The notes beneath the pieces were generated by a model that saw only the letters and a list, made by a program, of their open reading frames with translations, made no database searches and was not told where the DNA came from. A stretch of 63,982 nucleotides of DNA, filler included, from Reticulomyxa filosa (Eukaryota > Protista > Foraminifera), in the NCBI GenBank assembly GCA_000512085.1. It is 18 parts of 18 records of this genome, joined end to end, with 100 filler letters (N's around TTAATTAATTAA, not from the genome) between each part and the next. Parts side by side here need not be neighbours in the genome. Positions count along the whole stretch, not along the records: positions 46,666 to 49,472 come from ASPP01028505.1; positions 49,573 to 50,589 come from ASPP01049822.1; positions 50,690 to 52,201 come from ASPP01023635.1; positions 52,302 to 53,760 come from ASPP01024961.1; positions 53,861 to 61,000 come from ASPP01009075.1; positions 61,101 to 62,882 come from ASPP01021534.1; 12 more parts are not named here. One strand, 5' to 3'. Both the position numbers and the translations under genes were made by a program. Shown here piece after piece: positions 48,117-61,134 of this stretch (positions are counted from its first letter, which is position 1; each line of letters begins with the position of its first letter).

Positions 48117-49709
48117 CCAGTTGGAGTGGGAGGACAAAAGTCTCGACAACATCAGCAGGCTCAGCATCGTCCCCAGTTTGGGCAAACAAAAAGTGGTGGG
48201 GGGATACAATAACCTCTATGTATACGTACACCTGTAAGAATATGTATGTACATACAAAAATTTGATTAATGAAAAATGAAAGGTATACTTTGGCGTCTTG
48301 GACTTCTGTCAACAATTATGCCAACGACAGCAATGCATTTATCTTTTTATTGAGAAGTTCTCGTGGAGAGAAAGGCAAGTATGCGATATATCATCACTAA
48401 TCTTACGGTCCGACCTTTGAAGCAGTCGCAGTGGAAAATCGTTGTTATCTTGCTGTTCACTACGCTATGTTCGACAATAGTCTTTCTGGAATTTTACGAC
48501 TGTTATTATTCAGATCCTTTGAAAACGTTTGTCCGAAAATTGGACCATTCAATTTTCATCACATATATACTTCATTCTTACAAACTTGACGAGAAATGGT
48601 TTTTTTTAGATGAAATTTGGGGTGCATGTTACTTTTTTCTCTACCAAGAAAAATGACAATAATATATATTAGAGATTTTAAACCTTTTTTTTCCTCATCA
48701 AATGCAATTAAGAAATCACGCATGTGGAAGAAAGCAAAGTAAGTTTCCATCATCGTTATAAATACGAATAATGATATTCAAAAATCCACACACAAAGCTG
48801 CATAAGACTTTGATTTTCATATCTACTCCACGAAAATATTAGCTTTGTCTGGAAAGAAGACGAAGATACAGAAAAATGCAAAGATGTTGCATAACAAAAA
48901 TCATAAGCGAAAAAAAAAGAGCAATATATTTAGCTGCTTTTCAAAACGTCGCAAGCAGATCACTCGACTCCAAAGGTTAATTCTAGTTTCTTACAACAAA
49001 ACAAGAAAAAAATGCGCAAAAATGAACATACAAATCTGGAAACGATTGGAGTATTTGATATGATATCACCAAAACTAGAATAAGTTTGGCGGTCAGCGGG
49101 TTCAGTAGGACATGCTATGCCCTTCTTTTGCTTTGATTAGTCTTTTGCCGGACTATACTAAATGCTCGGATAACCCTCAGGTGTTGTACAGCCTCCACAA
49201 ATTCATCTATCCTAGAGTTTTTTGATTGTTACATGCTGTTTGAAATTACAGATATAACATTTCTACACAACGCCAACGCACAAAACAAACAGACTTTGTC
49301 CAACATTGTTGCTATTGGTAACAGTATATCGAAGGTCAATACCCACTTGCAGTGAAAATAATATGATTATATCTGGCATCACCATTTTGTCAAAGATGTC
49401 ACTTCATTTAATCATGACCAGTACCAGAAAAAGTCTTGCAATCAGGAATTTCAACCTATCAAAAAAAAAAAANNNNNNNNNNNNNNNNNNNNNNNNNNNN
49501 NNNNNNNNNNNNNNNNTTAATTAATTAANNNNNNNNNNNNNNNNNNNNNNNNNNNNNNNNNNNNNNNNNNNNTTCATCGGTATCCGCTCTGGTCTAATTT
49601 AATAATAAAAAAAATAAAAAAGAGTCTTCCTCTCTATCCCCCTCCACTCATCATTCAAGTACTGAATACAGTTCCAAAACTTGCAAAGACAAGCGATTCA
49701 TTGCTTTTA

Positions 49710-50547
49710 CTAACGAACTGTCTTCACCTTGCAAAGCCTTAAACAAAGGAGTAGATTCCAAAATTGAGAAGCGTTGACACTGGGATCGCCAGTAATTGGG
49801 TCATCATTTCCGCAAATGGATCCTTTTTTTTCCGCTTGGGTTTGCTTTTTCCATTTTGCATACTTTTTTTCTGTTTTTCTTCTTCCTCGTGCATTCAACA
49901 GTGCCTTCCAACTTTCAAATGATTGTGCATGTTTGATACTTTTCATAAAGGCTTCTTCCTCAAACTCTTTTTTTTTGGAATTAAAAAAAAACAAAACAAT
50001 ATATTAACAGCAATAATAAATAATTACAATAAGAAATAGGAATGAAGTAGCATCAAAATAAATCTTTTTTTTTTTGTAATACAGATTGATACAACAGGGC
50101 ATAGGTCAAACAACAAGCTGCATGTGGCATTATTTGCAAGTTGTAACCGCCTTCCAATAACGCCACAATGCTATGAGCAACTTCATTTTTCCATTTGACG
50201 TGATTGTACAAGCAATCAATAAACTTACCATACATTGGCAGCGTCACGTTCATTCTCCCCCAAAGGATCTCCAATGCATGCGTCAAACCTGCTCGATATC
50301 ATTATCATCTCCGGCTTAAACGATTCCAGGATTAGACATATCACAGCTTCAAAACATTGCTTATATTTATTATCGCTCATTCACCTCCACAAAGACATGT
50401 CCACAACATTGTGAGCTCCGCCCGTCTCTTTCACAAATCCACTTTGTGGATAAAACGAACCATTGTCGCCATGATGAATCGATATGTAAAATACTTATCC
50501 GTCGTTCCAAAACAAGTTTTGGGTTCCATTGCCATGATGAACATTCC
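49710..50547 (-). pseudogene. Class II histone deacetylase pseudogene fragment
   Basis: NVHHGNGTQ..F.ND.*VFYISIH..DNGSFYP; FKPEMIMIS/AGFDA/GDPLG; LLEGGYNL. In-frame TAA and TGA stops, frameshifts, and D>N at the Zn-ligand DxH motif. Confidence 0.75.
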
Positions 50548-50722
50548 TTTTTTTATTATTGTTGCTATTATCATTATGGTGACGATTTTNNNNNNNNNNN
50601 NNNNNNNNNNNNNNNNNNNNNNNNNNNNNNNNNTTAATTAATTAANNNNNNNNNNNNNNNNNNNNNNNNNNNNNNNNNNNNNNNNNNNNAAAAAAAAAAA
50701 AGAATAAACTAATAATACATGA

Positions 50723-52201
50723 TTGTGTTTTTGTTTTGTATTGGGTGGTGTTGAAAACAAGGTGCATGAGAAACTGGAAGCAATGCGAAAAGAATGCAGT
50801 AGCGTGGAAGAATTGAAAGCAAAGGCAGAGCACGAATTGCTGCAAAGACACTTTTTGCTCTCGTATCAAAAGAGAAACGTGCAGCTGCATGCCATTGATT
50901 GGAACCAAAATGAAAACAGCGTGTTTGAGTTGCAAAACGGAAGCAAGATATCGTACAAAGAGTACTTGTTAAAGGCATATGGAACAAAGTCGCTTCAACA
51001 AGAAATGTGTGTAGTCAAAGATCAAGGCGGTGCTGTGTTTTTGCCACAGCATATTCGATTGACATGTTTGTTTATTTATTTTTTTTTTTTGCAATGACTG
51101 TTTGTTTATTGTTTATGTGTTGTTATGATTGTTAACAATGGTAGTAACGTCAAAGCAATCAGACAGCGCGTATGAAAGTGTCTTGTTATATGTAAATCCA
51201 TCGATCAAAGAACGATTGCACCGCATTGAAGAGTTTGTCCAACAAATTAGCCATAATGTTAACTTAGTAAAACAAGTGCACGTTTGTTTGATGAGATTGA
51301 CACCTCCTTTTTATCAGTTGCACAAAATTGTACAAAAACCAACAGAGCCAAAAAGAAAACCAAAGCGAAGAGGTTGTTACGGACTTTGAAATTGACGAAG
51401 AGGCAATGACAACACCGGCATACGTGTTGCAAATGCCAAACATAGTGATTTGTGGCGAAGAAGGACCCATTGAAAACCCAGTGGACAACTTTAAGTACAG
51501 TTTATGTCGTGGCTTTCTAGACGGCACGAAGCAATTGAAGCAATGGGGTGTCGTGTTTGAAAGCAATCCACATGACCGAAGCAAGAACGATGAACGTTCC
51601 TATCGCTCATTTGTACTTGCTTGGGAAGAGTATTGCAAAAAAAGACGAGTGACGTTGTTGAATCTTTTTTTAAAAAAAAATTGTAATGGCAAGTATAGTA
51701 TACTGTGAATATAAAAATTGACAATGTTATAGTTTAATGTGGAAACGGGACCGATGTTGTGTCCTGAACCTCGTCCTGTTTCAGATTTAATGGACGAAAC
51801 TCTTTACAATGAGACTGTCCGTCGTGGCGACGAGTTTTTGGTGTTGATACTTCCGGAAGGAATTCGCGGGAGCGAAGTCAAGGCACGCTTTACAAAGGCG
51901 GTGCAAAGACCCAACTTCCCTGTCCCCGTCATGATCCAGTGTGTCCAGGCTTCGACATGCAATAATTACAACGCCTGCTTGGGCACTTTTGAAGACATAA
52001 TGATCAAGTTTGGCAATGTCCCATATCGCATCAACCCCAACCTCCCTCACGGAACAAGTTTTATCGATCCCAACGATTGTTGGGTTGTCGGCGTTGACGT
52101 CTCGCACGTTAACAACAAGCCATCTGTTGTAATGATCAGTCTTACCCGAGATCCATTCCAAGGGTCATTGCGATCGATGCATTTTTTGTGTCGTTGCGTT
52201 T
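50723..52201 (+). CDS. Piwi/Argonaute family protein (PAZ-MID-start of PIWI), partial and divergent
   Basis: PAZ: AIDWNQNENSVF...ISYKEYL.KAYG...FLPQHIRLT. MID: FLVLILP..K..IQCV..IMIKFGNVPY. PIWI: VVGVDVSH. Confidence 0.8.
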
Positions 52202-52312
52202 NNNNNNNNNNNNNNNNNNNNNNNNNNNNNNNNNNNNNNNNNNNNTTAATTAATTAANNNNNNNNNNNNNNNNNNNNNNNNNNNNNNNNNNNNNNNNNNN
52301 NCTTCCTATCTT

Positions 52313-52540
52313 TCATACTCTCTCTTTCTCTCTTGTCTCTTGATAAACTTTAAAAAAAAGAGTGAAAAATGATGTCACACTATGCTGGGACATGTCTTCT
52401 ATATTGCTGTTTTCAATTGCGACTGTTTTGCTGCCGTTGACCACTTTCTTTTCTGGTCTGTAATCCCCCACACTTAGGAATTCCTCAGTTTCAGTATCTT
52501 TAATTATATCCTTTTCCATACTCAAATTTGGTTCGGTCAT
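52313..52540 (-). CDS. First exon of an unidentified gene (truncated)
   Basis: ATG-initiated coding-like stretch followed by an intron-like tract at the contig end. Confidence 0.3.
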   Translation of the reverse strand: MTEPNLSMEKDIIKDTETEEFLSVGDYRPEKKVVNGSKTVAIENSNIEDMSQHSVTSFFTLFFKVYQETREKERV

Positions 52541-54139
52541 CTTCTTTCAATTAGATTTTTTCTAAAATAATGCCTTAATTATATTGAATATGATTTTTTT
52601 TAAATCTTGCTTTCCCCTTTGAAAACTTTTTTTTATCAATTATGTGATTTTATGTTTTTTTTATTTAATCTATTGCTTTTTTAAAGAAAGAAAAATACAA
52701 ACAGTAGTTCAAAAATTCATTATATGTATGTGCACTTGCTCAACTTTTTTTATAATTGTTAATTGTCAAAATTTTTATCTTGCATAAAACTTTATAGTTG
52801 CGGTTGAATGTTATGTAGGGCACGTCCCTACTATGTGTTGCTGAACTCTGAAAGAGTTGAGGAGCCCCAGTGGGTTAAACTTCTCCACAAACCTTTATTC
52901 ACTCTTTGTTTGTTTTCTTTCTTTTATTATGTTCATCTTCCATTTACTTAATTTACTTTTGTTTTATCGAAAACAGATCTCTTTTTGAAACTTTTCGTAT
53001 TACATTTAGTGTAGTTTCTTATCAGCAGACGCCCCACAGTTATGTGCGGTGAACACTTTACTGCCAATATTTAGCCCTTGTTTGGTTTCAATATCTTGCT
53101 CAGCCTTTGATACTCAGCTTGCTGCTGTGCTGTCAAGCCTTTGTACTCAACATCGAAGACTGACAGATAAGGAACATAATGTCAAATTTTAATATATGTT
53201 TATTAGAGGCTTTGACAGCTGTTTATTGTATGTTAGATTGCTTTGATTTTAATTAATCATCCGAAATAAGTTTATTATTGCAATGGCATTTGGGCAAATT
53301 AATTTTTTCCACCCAAATCCAAATTAAAACATTTCGAGCATTAGTACATGTTAGACTAGTGCTGAGTTATTTTAGGCAAGTTGTACGAATAAATTGGTAT
53401 TAGTAGTTGCTACCATTCATTTTAACGAGATAATTAATATTTTTTCAAAATGGCTTGTTCCATTTCGATTTAATTTTTACTTTTATTGCTTTGTTTACTT
53501 CTGAGAATCTTTTGTAACCGAGAGAAAACAAAACAAAAACCAGTTAACGGCAAGCAACATCGCACAAAAAGACAAAGCAAAAAAAAGTGATATTACTATC
53601 CTCTCGAAGCACATTCACGTCAATCAAACTTTCAAAAAAAATTCAAACAATCAAAAACAAAAAAATCCGGGCAGACAAGACAACTAAAAAAACAAACAAG
53701 ACGAGAGAAACAACAATTCCAAAACATTGTGATATAACCCTCCCCCCCTTCCCCTCCTCANNNNNNNNNNNNNNNNNNNNNNNNNNNNNNNNNNNNNNNN
53801 NNNNTTAATTAATTAANNNNNNNNNNNNNNNNNNNNNNNNNNNNNNNNNNNNNNNNNNNNACTATTTTCAAATTTATTTTTTTTTTGCAGGGTTTTAACC
53901 ATAAGCTAACAATAAAAACAAAATAATTCTTTTGCCTCAATTGAAAACATCCAAAAATATCTTTGTCACAAATAGATAGTGATAAAGTTAAAAAACAAGG
54001 AATCATTTGAGAACAGAAAAACAAAAGTGAGTGATGTTCTAAACAAGTTAAAAAAAATTCTTGTTGTCACCAAACGAGAAGAGGCATTCCTTTTTTCTGA
54101 TTTTGATTATGCATGCTGAAGACCTGTCGAATGCAAATC

Positions 54140-56960
54140 CATTGGATTCAGGAGACTCAAAAGAAGTGGTGCATGCATTGTTTCGGAACTTGTACGCTTG
54201 TCGTATCGGATTTTGTGATGTTCTGGTACAAGATTTGCGAAGCAACGAAAAAGCGAAGCTGACAACGGGGATACATGTGCGCAAGCTGGCATTGTTTGAA
54301 AACCTGTTAGCAATTGAAACAGACAAAAGCGTAGTGGTGTATAAAAACGAACAGAATGGCAGTAATAGTAGTAGAAGTAGCAATGGGTTGACATATGTGA
54401 TGAGTCAGCAAATAGCAACAGGTACGCTGTCATGCAACTTGTTATTGATCAGTTCACAGCACTTGATATTATGTCATGAGAATTGGTTGGAGTGTTTGAA
54501 AATGGAAGAGAAAGCGCAAAAAGTGATGGAATGGAAATTCACAGCAACGATTCGTTATTTAAAAATGATTGGCGGTCCGAAAGGGCAAGAGCTAATGATC
54601 TGTGGATTGAAAACGGGCGACGTATACAAAATGGTGATAGGAAACAGCAATGCAGTGTTGCTGGCACGTCACCATGCGGCCATCCGTTGTTTGGACTTGT
54701 CACATTCATTTCATCGCATGGCGATTGTAGATGACAGCAACCAGGTGTCAATCTACGCATTGAAAGCAGGCGAGACTGCAACGAAGCCGATCGAGATTGA
54801 AGTGATGGAACAAAACTACGAAGAGGAGCGAGTGACGAGTGTGGCGATTAATTCGTATTGGGATGAGTTGTGGGTATATTCGGTATCGAATAGTATTCGT
54901 GTGAAAATGATTGGAGTGCCGACGATGTCGTTTGAAAATGGAGCGCATGCGTTTTGCGTTGGATTTGAAGGAAACAGAGTGCATTTCTATTGCAAGGGAC
55001 GAGAGGGAGTCTGGACATGATGACGATCCCGTTGTTCAAATCGATGGAATACCTGACAAAGATGAAGCAATTTGACAAGGCCTATGAACTGGCATGTCTC
55101 GGTGCCAATGACTCGGAGTGGCATTATCTGGCTCGACATTGTCTAGCGGGATTGGAGTGGAACATTGCACATAAAATTTGGAGCACTCGAAACCCCAATC
55201 GCATTCACAAAGCCGATTTGCATTTGATTCAACAGCTGGAAAAGCAAACCGAAACTGAGATTGAGACCAAAACCAAAGCGCAGCTGGCCATGGCCGAAAT
55301 GCATGCCTTTCAGGGTGAGTTTGACCAAGCCTGTGATATCTACTGTCGACACACACAGCAGTATCTGACGAAGGCTTTGGAAATGTACTTGGACTTGAAA
55401 GAATGGGACAAAGCTCAGATCATTGTGTCATTGATTGAAAAGAAACAAACACAAGGAGATAATGAGGATAATGGGAAAATCACAACGACGATGACGACGA
55501 ATGCCATTATTGTGAAACATGCACAGTGGCTGTGGCAACGACGGAGATTGAAAGATTCGTACAAACACGAAGCTGCCAAGCTGTATTGTCTTGCACGGGA
55601 TTATGACAACTTTGTTCGTGTGCTCATGGAATGCAATGACAAAGAGTGTCAAGCCTTGCAGACCGAAGTTATGGCAGTGAAGTGGGACTTGGCCCTTGGA
55701 TCTCGCGTCGCTGAAAAGCTTGAGAAAATTGGCAACTTCAAACTGGCCAAAACCATTGCTTGCCAAATTGGAAACTATGAAAAAGCTATTTCCATACTTA
55801 TGCAACAAAATGAACACAATGAAGCATTGCAATTGATACGTGAGATACATAACAATTCGACTACAAGTGCAAAAGGCAATGATACACGCAACATAAGTGA
55901 AGGGGCACTATTTGTGTATTACAAATGGCTGGCCATTAATGGACGTTTGGAGCAAGTGTTGGACGCGTTTGGATATGATAATATATCCAATAATACACGT
56001 CTCATGGATCTACTCTTCTCCATGACACAAGATGCATTGACGTCGAAACGCTATTTGAGCGCCTCTTATCTGTATTGGCTACGTTGCAAAACAAAGTGTA
56101 TCCATGAACGTACAAATTGTTGCCAAAGTTGGCTCCGTTGCAGTCAAGTGCTGTATGCGTACTTTGCCATAGATGAATATCTGTCGTCACCGCGAACACA
56201 TTATTTGCACTCTTCCATCATTGTGTTGCTGAACGCTGCACATTTCATTCTCAGCAATTGGCATCTGCTGCCAAAGGAGATCTCTAAAAGTATCGACTAC
56301 GTATCTGTGCTCTATGTTTTGGCCAAACAGTGCGTAGCATTGTCAGCATTTAAGATGTTGCATCAAGTCCTTTCGAAACTTTATCATTTTACTTTGTCCT
56401 CGGAACGGAGGCAAGACATAGAATATATGACTTTAGTCTCTCGTACCAAAAAAAAAACATGTGATGTCAATAACGAGAATGAAGTGACAGTAATTTGCCC
56501 TCGTTGCTCTTTTGATAATTTAGGTCATTGCTTTTTTCAGCAACATAACGACATTTGCTTTAATTGCAAACATCCGTATGTTCGTTGCATGGTATCGTTC
56601 ACTGTTTTACCATTGGTCGAGTTTCTAATTGCAGAAAACATCACTCATGAACAAGCTCTTCATTGTTTGAAAACTGGCAATAAAAGCGATACTGACTCTG
56701 CGGATATGTTTTATCAACAAATGATGACCTCTCCTAAAAATCCGATCATTGCGGACTTAGACGTGCTTGCACAGATCCCTGCACAACAAGTGTTTGTCAT
56801 TCAGTCCGCTACAAACCCTCCTAAATATTATCGATGCATTATTTTGGACGCTCGAATCGTTCTGTGTCACAATTGCTTTCAATTCTTTGACACAAGTAAA
56901 TGCGAGCTCGGTATCGGAAATGTTGGCAGTAAATGCCCTTTTTGTCACCACGTTTTTTAA
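54140..56960 (+). CDS. IFT122: Intraflagellar transport protein 122 (IFT-A), divergent. One frameshift near 54995; first propeller not in the window
   Basis: DVLVQDL..VRKLALF..LAI; CNLLLISSQHLILC; EW...IRYLKMIGGP.GQE..GLKTG; AYELACLG..EW..LA; C-terminal CPRC..C..CKHPYVRC.VSF.VLPLVEF; C..C..FF..CPFC. Confidence 0.88.
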
Positions 56961-57291
56961 CGTGTGCAAAACGTATATAATCTAACTGTTTAAATTACAA
57001 ATACATTTACACTTCGATGAATGTAACGATGTTCTCTTATTACAAGTTTCTAACACTTTTCCAAGCTTTACTTTTCATTTTATTTATTTTTTTGTATTGT
57101 TCAGTCCAATAAACGTTGCCCAATTGCAGACTTTTTTTAGAAGAAAAAATGTTACGAAGACTTACACTCAACGGAAAAGATTAACGGATCAAAAAAAGTG
57201 ATTAGATTTACGTTTAAAATAAATGTAAAATTTAAAACAAAAACGAAAACAAGCAAAATAATGATGTTAAAACAAAATATTTTTAAATCAT

Positions 57292-60200
57292 TTACGCTCT
57301 GTGAGCAGCTGACATGTATTCCCTCCATGACTTAATATGAATGAATTGAGAATCCCAAGGGTAATCATAAGATCTCATATATTTTTTTGCAAGAGCTTTC
57401 ACTAAACTTTTGGCTAACTTAATATTGGACACTAATGCAACGTGATAGTCCACAGCCTTTCTTCGAATGTGATACCCATCAGTATGTTCAGTTCGTTTTC
57501 CGTGTCCAGGTACATTTATTACCAAATGAATATCGCCACGCTCGATTAAATCAATAGCATTCGGATGTAAACCTGATAAATCACAAGCGAAACATTTAAA
57601 CCTCTATGATTATATAAATAATATAAAGAATTATCATTATTATAGTTATTTTCAAATCATACCAGAGGAAGGCTTAGGAACTAATATGCTAGGAATACGG
57701 TGTTCAATTAAAAATTGGTGAGTGCCTTCAGTTGCATGGAGTTTGTATCCCAGCTTGATAAGAGTTTGAGCACTTTCAAGAAAAGTGAATTTTGGTTTTG
57801 TGCCACCAATGGTCAGCAAAATGTTGCAAGTAAACTTGATAGAGAAATCGAGGATATCAGTTTGTTTGAGCTCGGAAGTGTCGGTGCTGTGATTTTCATG
57901 TTCATCTTTTTGTTGTTGAGACGAGAGTTGGGTTTGCCGTGATTCCAGTTCTTCTTTTGATTCGTCTTCGAGAAAAGCAATTAAGGATTTGTCATCAAGT
58001 AGCACCGTGTCACTTTTCAAAGAAGTCAATTTTTGTGATTTGAAAACTTTTTCAAAGTTTGTGGATTTGATAAATATCTCTCTCTTTGGTGACGCTGTTC
58101 CACTCACGGATGACGACTTTTGATGAATAATTTTGTCGAAAGGAATGCCCATATCTTCGTATATATAGTCCAATCGTAGCGAATCTCTGGACGTGGCCAA
58201 ATCTGGATTGGGGACCGGTAATTTCTGATTGCATGCCGTCAACGACTTCAGCAGTGCTTCGTGACTATTGTCGCCAAAGCATGCAACTTCACCTGTCGAG
58301 GCCATTTCAACACGCAACACTGGATCAGCACCCTAAGACAAAGTAACAAACAAACAAGTAAACAGATAATTTTTCTCTTCAAAAAAAAAAAAAAAAGGGT
58401 CCCACCTCTAATCGTGTGAACGAAAACATGGGCGATTTGACACAAACGTAATCCATATCAAACAAATTGAAGTTGACAGGACGCGCCAGATTGACCATTT
58501 GACTGGCAGTGGCCGAATCGGAGACGAGCTCTTCGAGGATTGCTCGTGTGGCCAAGTCAATGAAATTGACATTGAAAGTCTTGGAAACAAAGGGGAAGCT
58601 TCTGGAAGCGCGTAAGTTGCATTCGATGACTTTGATGTCATTGTCTTTGCACAGGAACTGGATATTGAAAGGACCGGTAATATTGAGCGCGTGGGCGATA
58701 TTCATTGTGACGCGCTTGACACGTTTGGTGGTTTCCACATACAAGTTTTGTGCGGGCAGCACCAGCGTTGCATCTCCACTGTGAACGCCAGCATTTTCAA
58801 TGTGTTCACTAATGGCGTAGTTCAAAATCACTCCGTTTTTCGCAACGGCGTCCATTTCAATTTCTTTGGCATTGGTGATAAACTTACTAATCACCACAGG
58901 ATGTTCTCGAGAGACATTGGTCGCTTGCTCCAAGTAGTCTTTGAAATCATCTTTGTTCGTTACTATGTTCATTGCAGCGCCAGACAACACGTAGCTGGGG
59001 CGGATCAATACCGGGAATCCGACATGTTCGGCAAACTCAAGGGCCTCTTCGTACGCTCTCGCCTCACACCAAGTCGGTTGATCAATATGCAAGCGATCTA
59101 ACAATTTGCTAAATCGATGTCTGTTTTCAGCGTTGTCAATACTATCTGGTTGAGTTCCTATTTATATATTACGTATACGTATACATATTTATTTATATAC
59201 ATAATACCTATACATATATATATATATTTTTTTTTGTTTAACCTAATATTCTGACTCCTTGTTGGTACAAAGGCATAGCCAAATTGTTGCTGATTTGCCC
59301 ACCAACACTGACGATGACACCACAGGATTGTTCCACTTCGTAAATGTCCAAGACCCTTTCGAAGGACAGCTCTTCGAAATACAAGCGATCGCATTCGTCG
59401 TAATCAGTGGAAACTGTTTCCGGGTTGTAATTGACGACAATGCTCGAAAACGGATTTTTTTTGCGCTTCAGTGAGTCCGAGCGGGACGAGGGTGGGTTCG
59501 TGTAGGCGTGTCCATTTCTTCGCGATTCCGCGTCTTGTTTGTGGTCACTCGAATAAAACTGATCGTCGCTGTGGACACGAGACAGACTCATTAAGCAGCG
59601 AATCGCAGACACTGCACACCAGTCGAATTCACAAGAGGAGCCAATGCTAATGTATATACATATATATATATATATATATATAATGTGAATTGTTTTATTT
59701 ACGTTTGATGTAATTCATCAAGATAAATTTTTTTCAAAAAAAGTTGTATTCAATTACCGATAGGCACCGCAGCCTAAAATCATAACTCCATTTTCATCAA
59801 ACTCCAAATCGTGTTGAGTGGCGTTATACGTGAGATACAAATAATTGGTGAAAGCAGGGAACTCAGCGGCGAGAGTGTCGATTTGTTTGACAAAGGGGAC
59901 AATGTGATGTCGTTGGCGCACGTTGCGAACGTACAGTTCTTCGGTTTTGATGCAGCGTGCGATTTGCAAATCGGAGAAGCCGAGTTGCTTTGCTTTTTGG
60001 AGGAGGAAAGGATCCATGTCATCGATTCGATCTTGGTATTCGGAAAGCATTTGTTCCATGGCACAAATGTTGCGCAATTTGCATAAAAACCAGCGATCGA
60101 TTTTGGTAAGATCGTGGATTTGATTGACCGAATATCCCCGCTTCAGCGCCAAGGCAATGGCAAAGACGCGCATATCACTCGGATATTGTAACTCCTTTTC

Positions 60201-60972
60201 CATTTGCTCATTGGTCAGTCGATGCATTTTCGACGGGACATAGCCAAAGCCGTCGCAATGATCGTTGACCATTCGCAATGCTTTGCTCATGGCCGCCTCA
60301 AAGTTGCGATCGATGGCCATCACTTCACCGACTGACTTCATTGCGGAGCCAATGCGAAAATCGACCATGTTGAACTTTTTCAAGTCCCAACGGGGAATCT
60401 TCACCACACAATAATCTAACGCCGGCTCGAAGCACGCCTGTGTGACTTTGGTAAGACTGTTCTTGATCATTGGCAACGTGCGTCCCAATGCCAGCTTTGC
60501 CGCCACATAGGCCAATGGATAACCCGTCGCCTTGCTTGCCAACGCGCTACTTCGAGACAGTCGTGCATTCACTTCAATCACCACGTAATTCTTTGACAAT
60601 GGGTCCAACGCGTATTGGATATTGCACTCGCCGACTACTTTCAAATGTCGGATTGTTCTGATCGCTGCACTTCGGAGCATATAATAGTCGTCGTTCGATA
60701 GCGTCTGCGACGGCGCCACCACTATCGAGTCTCCCGTGTGGATCCCCAGCGGATCAAAGTTCTCCATGTTGCATACTGTGATGCAGTTGTCTGCTCGGTC
60801 GCGAACCACTTCGTACTCAATCTCTTTCCATCCTCGAAGCGACTTGTCCACGATCACCTGCTCGCAGCTGGCAAATGCCTTACTGGCCAGTGCATACAAC
60901 TCCTCGTCGTTTGAGGCAAAGCCTGATCCAAGACCACCAAGAGCAAAGGCGCCACGCAGTAGCACCGGGTAT
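57292..60972 (-). CDS. carB: Carbamoyl-phosphate synthetase large-chain region ending at the MGS domain (5' truncated); multi-exon
   Basis: [10 protein letters not shown]; [12 protein letters not shown]; [14 protein letters not shown]; [23 protein letters not shown]; MKSVGEVM; [11 protein letters not shown]; [12 protein letters not shown]; RPSYVLSG; [13 protein letters not shown]; [10 protein letters not shown]; EMASTGEV; ATEGT; [11 protein letters not shown]; stop at 57292. Confidence 0.95.
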
Positions 60973-61134
60973 CTTTCATTATATATATATATATATATAT
61001 NNNNNNNNNNNNNNNNNNNNNNNNNNNNNNNNNNNNNNNNNNNNTTAATTAATTAANNNNNNNNNNNNNNNNNNNNNNNNNNNNNNNNNNNNNNNNNNNN
61101 ATATATTATATATTATATAATTAACTTGTTGAAT

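Noticed and set aside
50340-50500. In-frame TAA/TGA in the HDAC fragment as evidence of stop-codon reassignment
   Set aside because: The same fragment has frameshifts, and intact genes here terminate at TAA, TAG and TGA, so a pseudogene is the simpler explanation.
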